Position numbers and translations under genes: made by a program
Shown: positions 1-9,360 of the stretch, one piece after another
Layout of the letters: each line of letters begins with the position of its first letter
Numbering within the stretch: the stretch's first letter is position 1
The notes under the pieces: model-generated
Told to the model about the DNA's origin: nothing
The model's database searches: none
Seen by the model: only the letters and a program-made list of their open reading frames with translations
Sequence record: SRR31156797_2189
Strand: one strand, 5' to 3'
Length of the DNA stretch: 20,000 nt

Positions 1-891
1 CTTGTCAAGCAGGCGCATCACCACCCGTTCGCCAAAAGCGGTAGGCAATGTAGAGACACGGATATCTATATTTTTATCGGCAATACGAATCTCGATTCGC
101 CCATCCTGGGGCAGCCTCTTCTCCGCAATATCCATCTTCGCCAGTATCTTGACACGAGAAATTAACTTTCCCAAAACATGCCTGGGTGGCGAATACATAT
201 CGTAAAGAATGCCATCGACCCTTTTCCTGATCTTGACCCTATTTTTATAAGGCTCGATATGCACGTCACTTGCATTATCACGCACCGCCTGTGAAAGCAC
301 CAGATTCACCAGCTTGATCACGGGTGCATCGCTGGTATCATCCAACAAGTCTGCAGTTTCTTCTATCTGGGAAAAGATGCTATCAGGGTCTTCTTCATGC
401 ATATCCTGCATAACCTGATCTGCAGCATCGTCACTGGTCATGTCATAGGCAGTATTGATAGCTATGAAAATTTCATTTTGGGGTGCCAGTACCATTTCCA
501 TTCCTTCCCATTGCAGCAGGCGTTTGAGATCATCAAGCTGCTGTACAAAAAAGGGCTCTGCAAGGGCAACATACGAACGCTCTGGCGTTGCCACCGGAAT
601 CATCTTAAAACGTTTAAGATAACCAATAGGTACCCGCTTAACAAAAAAGGGCTCAATTTCTTTTGGCAGGGTCGTAATCACTTCCAAGTTGCATTGAATG
701 CTTCTTGCCTGCAGCAATTCCTCTTCCGTTACCAGCTTCTCCAATATCAGGATCTCACCTATACGGCCCCCCTTTTCCTTCTGGCTCTCCAAGGCGGCGA
801 CAAGAGCTGTTTCATCCAACCCGAACTGCTCCTGTAATATTTTTCCGATCGGCTGCATATCCCCAACCATTGTTCCAGGATTACCTTTCAT
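1..891 (-). CDS. gspE: Type II secretion ATPase GspE, 5' part (runs off the left edge; not in the ORF track)
   Basis: Manual translation from ATG 891 (alternative starts 870, 858) is open to position 1 and includes DAPVIKLVNLVLSQAVRDNASDVHIEP, MDIAEKRLPQDGRI and DIRVSTLPTAFGERVVMRLLDK, hallmark GspE/PilB motifs. It lies directly downstream of gspD. Confidence 0.95.
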   Translation of the reverse strand, partial: MKGNPGTMVGDMQPIGKILQEQFGLDETALVAALESQKEKGGRIGEILILEKLVTEEELLQARSIQCNLEVITTLPKEIEPFFVKRVPIGYLKRFKMIPVATPERSYVALAEPFFVQQLDDLKRLLQWEGMEMVLAPQNEIFIAINTAYDMTSDDAADQVMQDMHEEDPDSIFSQIEETADLLDDTSDAPVIKLVNLVLSQAVRDNASDVHIEPYKNRVKIRKRVDGILYDMYSPPRHVLGKLISRVKILAKMDIAEKRLPQDGRIEIRIADKNIDIRVSTLPTAFGERVVMRLLDK

Positions 892-939
892 ACAATTTGC
901 CGACTGCCAAGTTTCTTACTCTGTCCATTTATCGCCATG

Positions 940-3195
940 CTATTGTTGCCCACCACCGGTACGCAGGTGCTCTATGTTGTCTCGAGCAAGCTCCTTTAAG
1001 GCATCATAGGGACTTTGCTGCCACTCATCCTGCTGTTCCTTGCCAGAATCCAATTCCAGGACTTTTTCATACATTTCTCTCGCTCCGGCCACGTTGCCTT
1101 CACGTTCGTAAACAACCCCCAGATTAATGGTGGCGTAAGGGTTTTCAGGATCAATACCCAGGGCCTGAACAAAATAGTCCTTCGCCTCTAAAAATTCACC
1201 ACGCTGCAGTTTGGCAAACCCGAGGTCAGTGAGCGCGGCAGCATGCTCCGAATTTGGTTTTCTATGAAAAAACTGATCAGGTATTTCTGAAGACCCCGGC
1301 TGTACCTGCTCAATGAGATCACGCTTTTGATAGTAAATCTGTGCTACCTCGGCCGGATTTTGAACGATATGGGGGGTGATAAAGATGAACAAGTTTGTTT
1401 TAGTTTCTTTCTCGCTACGAGACTTAAACAGCCAACCGAGGAGGGGAATATCGCCGAGCAGCGGCACTTTGTACTCCCCTGTATCGGTATCCTGGCCAAT
1501 CATCCCTCCCAGGACCACGGTTTCCTCGTTATGAACGACCACAGTCGTATCAGCTGTCCTGGTAAAGGTCGTAGGGCGTCCTTCTTCTGCCCCAGATTTA
1601 ACCTTGATCACCTCCACTCCGATTTCCAAGCGAACCACATCGGCTTGGTTAATCTGGGGGGTAATGGTCAACGTGGTAGCGACATCCTTATATTCATAGT
1701 TGGTGTAATCCTGCTGAGCTGTCGTTGTATTTTGACTGGTAATATAAGGGACATTTTCCCCCACCTTGATGACAGCCTTCTTATTATCAGTGGTTAAAAT
1801 CTGTGGGGTAGCTATAATATTAACATCTTCATCTTGCTTATAGGCATTGATAACCGCCCCCAGGTTGGGAAAAGTAATACCTGCTATCTCCACCCCCTGC
1901 TTCAATACCCCCATGGTAAATCCCGAAGGCAAAACAGGAGGTGTTTCGTTAAACCCCTGCAGAACCCCGTAGGGGTTATCTTTGGTACCACTAAAACCGC
2001 CTATTACCGTACCGGTTTCATCAGCAAAAGACCCAGAGCCGCCATACTGAATCCCTAGTCCAAAATCTTTAGTAACCTGCACTTCCATAATAAGGGCTTC
2101 CATATAGACCATGCGCCGCGGGATATCCAACTTCTTGATAACATCCTCAAGGACCAGGTATTCCTCTCTGGGAGCAGTAATAATCAAGGCATTGGTTTCA
2201 GGATCCGCCATTATCTGTGTGTCAGAGGACAGCAGTGGCCCAGCCTTTCCGGGGGCCTGCTTGGTGCCGGCTGTATTCTTCCCAGGCAGGCTGGTCAAGA
2301 CCTTGACCATTTCTTCAGCATTGGCATGCTGAAGATAATACACACGTATCTTACCCTCACCCCTGGGGACTTGACGATCAAGCTCCTTGAGTAAATTCTG
2401 AATCTTATCAATTTGCGCCTTTGGAGCGAAAATAATCAATTGGTTGGTGCGTTCGTAAGGAATAACTTTAATTGTTTCCGTTCGCTTCCCTTTTACAACT
2501 CGTTTTGCAAATAATTCCCGAATGGATTTGGCTACTGTGACCGCATCAGCATGTTCCAGGGTAATGGTCACGGTCTCCTCGCCGATGGATGGGACATCAA
2601 CGACCTTAATTATTTCCATCAACCGTGAAATATTGGACTGCACATCAGTAATAATCAGCATTCCCGATTGAGCATGGGAAATAAGAACACTGGTTTTAGA
2701 AACAAGAGGAGACAGAATTTTCTTGAGGTCATCTGCGTTGGAATGGATCAGGGGTATGATCTGGGTCACGACCCGATCTTCCGGCATGTCAGCATCACCC
2801 TGGTACAGGGTTGAAATATTTTTAGATCGAGCCTGAACAGCAGGTACAATTTTGATCACCGAACCACTTGGGATGGTTGTAAAACCATGGACCTCCAACA
2901 CAGATTCAAAAACCCGGTAGGCATCTTCTTCGCTGATCCTGGTTGGGGAAATAATGGTCACATTGCCTTTCACAGCCCTATCGACAATAAAGTTTTTCCC
3001 TGTGAGTTCGCTGATATATTTTATAAATAAATTAATGTCGACATCATTAAAATCGATAGTAACATACTTTTGCGGTGCCATTTTCCGCGATGCTCCGTAC
3101 ACTTCGCCGAAACTACCGGTGAAAAGCAGACAGCAACTCAAGCAAACCAGAGATAAAACCAATTTCTTTATCATAAAGCCACACCCGCTCTTCAT
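940..3195 (-). CDS. gspD: Type II secretion secretin GspD with a C-terminal TPR extension
   Basis: Signal peptide, N0 domain (IDFNDVDINLFIKYISELTGKNFIVD), N1-N3 repeats and secretin motif KVPLLGDIPLLGWLFKS...NLFIFITPHIV. Start moved from TTG 3264 to ATG 3195, which has an AAGGGG RBS. Confidence 0.96.
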   Translation of the reverse strand: MKSGCGFMIKKLVLSLVCLSCCLLFTGSFGEVYGASRKMAPQKYVTIDFNDVDINLFIKYISELTGKNFIVDRAVKGNVTIISPTRISEEDAYRVFESVLEVHGFTTIPSGSVIKIVPAVQARSKNISTLYQGDADMPEDRVVTQIIPLIHSNADDLKKILSPLVSKTSVLISHAQSGMLIITDVQSNISRLMEIIKVVDVPSIGEETVTITLEHADAVTVAKSIRELFAKRVVKGKRTETIKVIPYERTNQLIIFAPKAQIDKIQNLLKELDRQVPRGEGKIRVYYLQHANAEEMVKVLTSLPGKNTAGTKQAPGKAGPLLSSDTQIMADPETNALIITAPREEYLVLEDVIKKLDIPRRMVYMEALIMEVQVTKDFGLGIQYGGSGSFADETGTVIGGFSGTKDNPYGVLQGFNETPPVLPSGFTMGVLKQGVEIAGITFPNLGAVINAYKQDEDVNIIATPQILTTDNKKAVIKVGENVPYITSQNTTTAQQDYTNYEYKDVATTLTITPQINQADVVRLEIGVEVIKVKSGAEEGRPTTFTRTADTTVVVHNEETVVLGGMIGQDTDTGEYKVPLLGDIPLLGWLFKSRSEKETKTNLFIFITPHIVQNPAEVAQIYYQKRDLIEQVQPGSSEIPDQFFHRKPNSEHAAALTDLGFAKLQRGEFLEAKDYFVQALGIDPENPYATINLGVVYEREGNVAGAREMYEKVLELDSGKEQQDEWQQSPYDALKELARDNIEHLRTGGGQQ

Positions 3196-3278
3196 ATAAC
3201 AGCCCCTTTCACAACTCCACCTCTTATAACCGGAAACACAGCCTCTTTTAACAACCTGCGACAAACTGACGTTCTCTA

Positions 3279-4007
3279 TTACTTTTCAAGAGCCGCCTCA
3301 AACTCTTCACTCTCCTCATCTACGAATTCCTCTAGACCTTCGTCTTCAGCCATGAGAGGCTCCTCGGGTTCCTCCACCGCTTCTGGAAGCTGTGTACGCC
3401 CTTCCCGAAAGCTGATACGTCTTTTAGGCCTCACCACAGGGACCCTTTTTTGAGCAGCGGCTCTCCCCTTGTTTTGCGTAACCGTTCGTCCTCTGTTGGC
3501 GATAGGGGCTGGAGGGCCGCCCCCTCCCTTTCTTTCCTTAATGCTCAGAGATTCAGTGCGTCCATTCACATCCAAGATCACTCTTCCTCTGCCAATCTTT
3601 CGTATCCTGGCATTTTGCACGCTATCCCCGATACGAAAAAGATCCTGCTTTTTTTCCTGTTCATCGATGATAATCGCTCGGGCATCCATATCATCACCGA
3701 CAACGGTACCGAGCAGCACCAGCTTCAATGAAGTTTCTTCATGGTTTTCATCTTCAGCAGGAAGAGGCTCCTTGTCACCTATCTCCAACAATGCCTGGAA
3801 AATATTTCTGCTGACAATGACCTCATAATCCCCCGACGGAACTGAATTAACGACAACTGTTGCACTTCTATCCTCAGCAGGTTTGACAACCTCGCTCCCT
3901 GCAGGAATAAGTGCCACAAGCCCCTGTTCAACCCGCTCGTACCAAAGAGATACCCCTACGTAGACCAAGGTTGTCAGGGAAAGAATGGTTAACAGTACCC
4001 GTATCAC
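3279..4007 (-). CDS. gspC: Type II secretion protein GspC (TM + HR domain, no PDZ)
   Basis: N-terminal TM, HR domain (LKLVLLGTVVG...AIII...FRIGDSV...VILDVNGRTESL), position immediately upstream of gspD, GTG start with GGAG RBS. Confidence 0.88.
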   Translation of the reverse strand: MIRVLLTILSLTTLVYVGVSLWYERVEQGLVALIPAGSEVVKPAEDRSATVVVNSVPSGDYEVIVSRNIFQALLEIGDKEPLPAEDENHEETSLKLVLLGTVVGDDMDARAIIIDEQEKKQDLFRIGDSVQNARIRKIGRGRVILDVNGRTESLSIKERKGGGGPPAPIANRGRTVTQNKGRAAAQKRVPVVRPKRRISFREGRTQLPEAVEEPEEPLMAEDEGLEEFVDEESEEFEAALEK

Positions 4008-4009
4008 TG

Positions 4010-4942
4010 TTACTGCTCCGTCCTGATTGTCGCAGCCTGAAACAATGAAGACAACTCACCAAAGTTAACTCCTGGGTGAACTGCGTCTCCAGTAATCTTA
4101 AACGCTGCTCCTTCATCCTGCAGTTGAGTCCGCATTATGGACAAAAGCTCACCACCGGTTACATGAGCAAAAAACTCAGTTCGTGGTATCATAGTTCCGA
4201 CAAAATCCAAGGCAGTTTCAGCATAAGGAATGCGCGGCTCAATTTCCCCTGTAAAGTTTGCGGTGAACAATTTCGATGCCACCTGTCCCCCCTTAACAAA
4301 CAGTTTTTCCTCATTGCCCGTTACAATAAAATTCAACTGCGAAAAAGGGAGCAATTTATGACCAAGAATATCTTTCTTCAGCCCCACTTGACCGTTATCA
4401 ATACTCACTTTCACATCCAGATCATTTACCGATGTGAGGTTGCCCTGCACCTTACCCTTAAATTGTGCGTTGATATTCCCCTGAATTTCTCTTTCCAGAA
4501 TTTCTTTTATGCCGCTGACCGAACCAAGCTGCACATCTTTGAGCTGCCCTGCAACAGCAAAGGCACCCATGTTTTGATTTGACCTAACGCTTCCAGAGAC
4601 ACTCCCCCCACTGACCTCTGCTGTATAGCTTATTTCAGGCTGTCGACTCAACAGACTGGCAACTTCCGGTTGCAGTTCAAAGGTTTCAACCTTCAACAAC
4701 CCATTGCTCTCTGCAGATGAAAAAATCTCCATCCCCCTCAGGACCAGTTTTCCAGGAAAACCAATTTCCACCTTAGCCAACTCCACCCTCGCGTGTGGGA
4801 AACGTGCAGTTAGATAGTCTGGAATCCACTGCTGAAAAAAATCCGCAGGAAACAGTACCCACAACATGACAACGGTAGCTGTTACCGTATACAAGGAATA
4901 CCCCATTATATTTCTTCCCCAACGGAGAGTCTTTGCTATCAT
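4010..4942 (-). CDS. gspN: Type II secretion protein GspN
   Basis: N-terminal TM ending WVLFPAD followed by a beta-rich periplasmic region; lies between gspM and gspC as in deltaproteobacterial-type T2SS clusters. Confidence 0.8.
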   Translation of the reverse strand: MIAKTLRWGRNIMGYSLYTVTATVVMLWVLFPADFFQQWIPDYLTARFPHARVELAKVEIGFPGKLVLRGMEIFSSAESNGLLKVETFELQPEVASLLSRQPEISYTAEVSGGSVSGSVRSNQNMGAFAVAGQLKDVQLGSVSGIKEILEREIQGNINAQFKGKVQGNLTSVNDLDVKVSIDNGQVGLKKDILGHKLLPFSQLNFIVTGNEEKLFVKGGQVASKLFTANFTGEIEPRIPYAETALDFVGTMIPRTEFFAHVTGGELLSIMRTQLQDEGAAFKITGDAVHPGVNFGELSSLFQAATIRTEQ

Positions 4943-5015
4943 CAGCCAGCACTCACATGCATTTATTTGTGTTGATCACGACCACGGGATACCTACTGAC
5001 ATTCTTTCCCCCTCT

Positions 5016-5552
5016 CTAGTTAACAGTACTGACAACCTTATCAACGCTGACAATCTGCAAAATAACATCCAGAGTACCTTCCTCCTTATTGTTCTCCTGA
5101 ATAGTAATGCGTTTGATACCGACCAGATTTTGAGGAGACTCTGTGGTTTTAAGAAAAGCAACAAGCTGTTTAAGACTTATAGCCTGTAATTTCATTTCAA
5201 CCATACTTTGCTTCAGCACCTCATCAGCAGTGAGCTCCGAGGGCTTCATATATGCAATCCGCTCTTTAATCTTAATATCGTCCGCATTTTTCTCTAAAAA
5301 AGAAAACAGGCTGAACCCGGCTACACGTTCATTAAGCTGACTGGCAATGGAATTGCTTTTTTGACTGAAAAGGGCATAACGCTGCTGCATTTGTTCCATT
5401 TCACCAAGCTGTCGCTGCCGGGTGACAACATTTTTTTTCATTTTTTCACGATTTTCCACCAAAGGGAAAAAGATGAATTGCAGGAGCAAAAAAAATGCAA
5501 GACTGACCCCTGCAATGATCACAGCGTTCTTTTCCCGTGATGTCATCTGCAT
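5016..5552 (-). CDS. gspM: Type II secretion protein GspM
   Basis: TSREK N-terminus, TM, coiled coil, ferredoxin-like C-terminus (LKQLVAFL); start overlaps the gspL stop (TGATG). Confidence 0.88.
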   Translation of the reverse strand: MQMTSREKNAVIIAGVSLAFFLLLQFIFFPLVENREKMKKNVVTRQRQLGEMEQMQQRYALFSQKSNSIASQLNERVAGFSLFSFLEKNADDIKIKERIAYMKPSELTADEVLKQSMVEMKLQAISLKQLVAFLKTTESPQNLVGIKRITIQENNKEEGTLDVILQIVSVDKVVSTVN

Positions 5553-7015
5553 CAGCTCTCACCCAACTCCAGTTGTATCTCAAACCGGATCTTCCTGGTC
5601 TTTTTATCTGCTGTTGCAGATACAATCTGCACGCCACTGTACAATGGGGACTGTGACAAAAGACTTTTAATTTCATTAACCGTATTAAAGGTAGCCGTCA
5701 TCCCACGTATGCGTATTGCCTTTTGATCTATCACCATTCTTGAGACTTGGAGCGACAAAGTATCTGGGATGCGTGATGAAATATCTGCCAGAAAGTCCAA
5801 TATCCTTTGCTGGTCGGTATAAACAGGCATGTTGGTTTCAGAAGACTCCAGTTCTCTCAGGGCAACCTTCATCTGCACGTAAGGATCCTGGATACGGGTA
5901 GCACGGGTAAACTGCTCCCGGTAGAGCAGTTCCATCTGCTGCCGTAACCGATGACTCTTTGCGGTTAAATTTCTATTTTCGAGAGTGTAATAGCCGACAA
6001 TACAACCTATACAAACAAGGATAGCTGCTGCCGCTGCGGTTACCTGCTTCCTTGACTTAAAAATTGTCTTCTTGGGCGCCAGCTCTCCCTGCCGGAAATT
6101 AAATCCCGTATTCTTGCCCACTCGATAGAGCGAGAGGCTCAACGCTGCAGCAAATTCTCCCCGCGGTAGGCTGTCGGTATCCTCTGGAACATTGAGCTCC
6201 ACCAAGGAAGTGAGATCCACATGCTCCACCACCGTCCCCAACTGTAGTTCTAGCGCGCTGCACACCTCTGCATTTTCGATAAAATCTCCGGTTACAAGCG
6301 TTTGCTCTAGTTTGTCTACCGGAAAACCCATGGATTGCAGAAAACCCATCGTTCGGCCTACAGCCTGCTGAAACACCTCCAACTGTGCCCCAATATCGTT
6401 AACATCATACCCGTCATGCATCATCTGTGGCAGAGCAGGTAATTTACGACAGAACTGACAAATACCGTTGTGGATCAACAACAGGGTAGCTGAGGTAGTA
6501 TAAGCCTCCAATATAAGGTGCCACCCTTTCTTAAAATGGTGTCCAACTAACTCTGCAACAGCAACCGCAGCAGGCAGGACAACTTCAGGCTCGGCACCAT
6601 GTTGTTGGAGGCGGTCAAGGACATCACCCACCATCGCTTTTTCGGCGGCAAAAGCAAGGAGAGTGCTGCTAGAATTTGTTTTCCCAAGTATATTAAAATC
6701 TGTGACCACGTCTTCCATGGGCTGGATCAATTGATCTTCCAACTCAAAAGGCAGGGTCTGGGTAATATTTTTTTTATCGGAAAAAGGCAGCTCCAAACTG
6801 CGCACACTCACAGCAGCAAGCGGCAGCCCGCAAACACATTCTCCACCTTGCCAGCCAAGCTTTTCAAGAAGTCCTTCCACCGGTGCAGCTGCATCATCCG
6901 AGGGAAAGGGGACAGAAGCACTAGAGTCCAGCACCACGGTCTTGCCCTGTTGTTCTGTCACAACACCAGTAAGGCAATCGTCACCGTAATATAACCCAAG
7001 AAACTTCTTATTCAT
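5552..7015 (-). CDS. gspL: Type II secretion protein GspL
   Basis: Cytoplasmic actin-like region (RSLELPF...LPFELEDQL), single TM, and PilN-like periplasmic C-terminus (IRIRGMTATFNTVNEIKSLL). Confidence 0.9.
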   Translation of the reverse strand: MNKKFLGLYYGDDCLTGVVTEQQGKTVVLDSSASVPFPSDDAAAPVEGLLEKLGWQGGECVCGLPLAAVSVRSLELPFSDKKNITQTLPFELEDQLIQPMEDVVTDFNILGKTNSSSTLLAFAAEKAMVGDVLDRLQQHGAEPEVVLPAAVAVAELVGHHFKKGWHLILEAYTTSATLLLIHNGICQFCRKLPALPQMMHDGYDVNDIGAQLEVFQQAVGRTMGFLQSMGFPVDKLEQTLVTGDFIENAEVCSALELQLGTVVEHVDLTSLVELNVPEDTDSLPRGEFAAALSLSLYRVGKNTGFNFRQGELAPKKTIFKSRKQVTAAAAAILVCIGCIVGYYTLENRNLTAKSHRLRQQMELLYREQFTRATRIQDPYVQMKVALRELESSETNMPVYTDQQRILDFLADISSRIPDTLSLQVSRMVIDQKAIRIRGMTATFNTVNEIKSLLSQSPLYSGVQIVSATADKKTRKIRFEIQLELGES

Positions 7016-7092
7016 CTCTGTCTCGTTAACTTCCCAATTTGTAATTATTTAGCGAATAACAAAAAACTCGTATCAACCTCGACCTGTAATTG

Positions 7093-7214
7093 TTGAGCAG
7101 TGCTCAAAAGCCGTATAAGCAGGATGAAAACGATAGCAATGCTACGTTTTCCTGCCTGATCGTGGGAAGAGGTAAACGCGGACTCCCCAGGGTGCTGCTG
7201 AACAGTTACCCTGG
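7093..7214. repeat. Three inverted repeats in the gspK-gspL spacer
   Basis: TTGAGCA-G-TGCTCAA (7093-7107, perfect); GCAGG..AAAACG.TAGC-AAT-GCTA-CGTTTT-CCTGC (7119-7155); CCAGGGT...ACCCTGG (7187-7214). Confidence 0.75.
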
Positions 7215-7215
7215 T

Positions 7216-8274
7216 TTATTGAATCCGCCAGTGCAGAAGTGTCTGCTCCATGTTTTCTGCTCGCAGGAGTACCCCCCTGCCAATGCGCTTAGCGCCGTCG
7301 TCTTCGGCTGTAAGGGTAACGGCAAAGGCCTTGGCCGTGGTTGTAAGCAGAGCTTCATCCAGTGTTATATCCCCGGGAAAACCACTGACCCCTCTGTACC
7401 AGGATATGGCTTTAAGATTTTCGCTATTATCCGGCTCTTCCCTATATGCTTTCAAATCGCTAATCATTTCTTCACTCAACTCAGGTTCCAGGGCTGCTAG
7501 AACCGTTCCTGGAGCTGTATTCAAATTAATTTTGCCGTCATCAACCGCTACGGTAATATACCCTCCAATGCCCTCATACTCTTCGTCACCATAAAAAAGC
7601 TCAGGTGTCATACCCTTTACAAACAAAAGTTCTTCTATTGCCAGCATGGGTCCATTTCGACAAGTGTATCCTGGAGAGAGTGATTGATAATATGCATTTT
7701 CCGCGCCATTTCCTCGTGCTTCATCATCTTCATCTATCCAATCACGAATGGCATCAAGTAAATCTATCACCTGCTGCTCATCATCAATTGCAAATTTCCC
7801 GGAGAGCAGGAATCTTGTCCAAACTTGTTCGACCTTTTCAGCCTGCTCTCTCTTCTCTTGAGCAGAAGTCGGTTTTTCACTGTCTTGCCCATTCTCGCCT
7901 TGATCAGATGAGACAGGTTTTTCCAGCAGGGCATGAATCTGTAATTTTCCTGAAAGATCATCCACAGCGCATGTCAGGGAAATCCCACCTGTCAACGCAG
8001 CAAGCTGTTCTCCATCAATGGTGGCCCAGCTATCGAGAAGGGAATCGTAACTATTGACCTGCTGATCACTATATAGGGCAGCCTGAACTATATTAAGCCC
8101 GGTATACACTGCACTTTCCAAAGCGAGTGTTTTCTGAACCACCGCAGCATCTTCAATCTGCCCGTCAACATCAACCAGCAGCTGCATGGTCATGGTCACC
8201 AAAAAACTCACGGTTAACAGGGCCAACAACAGAGCCACACCTTTTTGATTCTTGAGCAAATGTCTATTGCTCAC
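7216..8274 (-). CDS. gspK: Minor pseudopilin GspK
   Basis: QKG|VALLLALL prepilin site, DAIRDWIDEDD, NGPMLAIEELLFVKG and GKINLNTAP motifs. Confidence 0.95.
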   Translation of the reverse strand: MSNRHLLKNQKGVALLLALLTVSFLVTMTMQLLVDVDGQIEDAAVVQKTLALESAVYTGLNIVQAALYSDQQVNSYDSLLDSWATIDGEQLAALTGGISLTCAVDDLSGKLQIHALLEKPVSSDQGENGQDSEKPTSAQEKREQAEKVEQVWTRFLLSGKFAIDDEQQVIDLLDAIRDWIDEDDEARGNGAENAYYQSLSPGYTCRNGPMLAIEELLFVKGMTPELFYGDEEYEGIGGYITVAVDDGKINLNTAPGTVLAALEPELSEEMISDLKAYREEPDNSENLKAISWYRGVSGFPGDITLDEALLTTTAKAFAVTLTAEDDGAKRIGRGVLLRAENMEQTLLHWRIQ

Positions 8275-8944
8275 TCCTGGCCTCCTTTATAATACTGGCG
8301 GTGGGCAACCATACCCCGGAACGAAAAGAAAGAGCAGCTTTGCGCTCGCTGCTCTGCCAGAATTCCAGCGTAATAAAAATTGCTGCCGGCATGAGGACAC
8401 GCTCCTGCTCCCCGTCTTTATCCGGCACGCTCTCCCATGTGTCATTTTTTTGACCATCCGAGTCCAAGTAGGTCAATTCCAGAGATCGAAGATTTGCACA
8501 CAAAGTGTACCCCCTTTGCTCATCACTCTCCTCGGTAAATATTGATAGGCTGTCTGACCTGAGCAGTTTCAATGATCCTTGTTCATTTTCATCTTCTACC
8601 ACTTCATAACTGATAGTGGTGCTCCCTTTATCTGGTCGCCCACCATCAAAAACCAAATGAGCCATAGAACTAAAAATCACACTATCTGCCCGCTGACCAT
8701 TAATCTCATTTTTCGCACCCACAAACCCAACCTCCCCATCGGCAACTGCAGCAGTCAAATCTTCTCTCATCCTCTCCAGGGTAATTCGTGCCTGACGATA
8801 AATATCTTTTTGATTTCCAGTTGCAGTGAGAAGGGATACCGTACTGCTTAAGGCAAAGCCGACCATGGAACTCACCACTGCCAAGATTGATACGGCAAGC
8901 ATTACCTCCAGTAAGGTGAAGCCCCTGTTAGTTATTCTGATCAT
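8264..8944 (-). CDS. gspJ: Minor pseudopilin GspJ
   Basis: RG|FTLLEVMLAV N-methylation motif and ERMREDL; start moved to ATG 8944; lies between gspI and gspK. Confidence 0.88.
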   Translation of the reverse strand: MIRITNRGFTLLEVMLAVSILAVVSSMVGFALSSTVSLLTATGNQKDIYRQARITLERMREDLTAAVADGEVGFVGAKNEINGQRADSVIFSSMAHLVFDGGRPDKGSTTISYEVVEDENEQGSLKLLRSDSLSIFTEESDEQRGYTLCANLRSLELTYLDSDGQKNDTWESVPDKDGEQERVLMPAAIFITLEFWQSSERKAALSFRSGVWLPTASIIKEARSEQ

Positions 8945-9353
8945 CGGGAACAATTTTTTTAAAAATCGTGGCATGTACCGTAAGGTATTGCTTTTCATCT
9001 TCAACAAAGGCAACAGTTAAAATAAGTTGCTTCAGCATCCCGCCAGCTTCTGGGATGCCGATGTCATCTTCAGACACGGGGAGAACTTCTGCACTCCAGG
9101 AAAATTCGGTAAACCCCTCTTCAAAAGCTCCGCTGTCGCTCGCTACCTGCTCAAAGTCCTGCAAACGAATCTCTGCAATTTTCTTCTGGGCCAGCAAAGC
9201 AGCAACCGTATCAAAACGGGCATCAGTGGCAACAGAAATTGTTTGCGACTGTGACCCCAAAAGGCTGACCAGAGCAATTGCCAATACTGCAACGGCAATC
9301 ATCACCTCAAGCAGGGTGAACCCATGTGTATAAGGCATTCGGTACAATTTCAT
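8928..9353 (-). CDS. gspI: Minor pseudopilin GspI
   Basis: HG|FTLLEVMIAVAVLAIAL and AALLAQKKIAE; start moved to ATG 9353 (alternative 9338). Confidence 0.88.
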   Translation of the reverse strand: MKLYRMPYTHGFTLLEVMIAVAVLAIALVSLLGSQSQTISVATDARFDTVAALLAQKKIAEIRLQDFEQVASDSGAFEEGFTEFSWSAEVLPVSEDDIGIPEAGGMLKQLILTVAFVEDEKQYLTVHATIFKKIVPDDQNN

Positions 9354-9360
9354 GGAAAGG

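Noticed and set aside
3120-3195. Cys-rich GspD signal peptide (VCLSCC) as a liposecretin lipobox
   Set aside because: Poor fit to [LVI][ASTVI][GAS]C, and the hydrophobic stretch continues to a plausible SPase I site (VYG|A).
4976-4978. Selenocysteine TGA in an extended GspN
   Set aside because: No stable SECIS-like stem-loop follows and GspN has no redox role.
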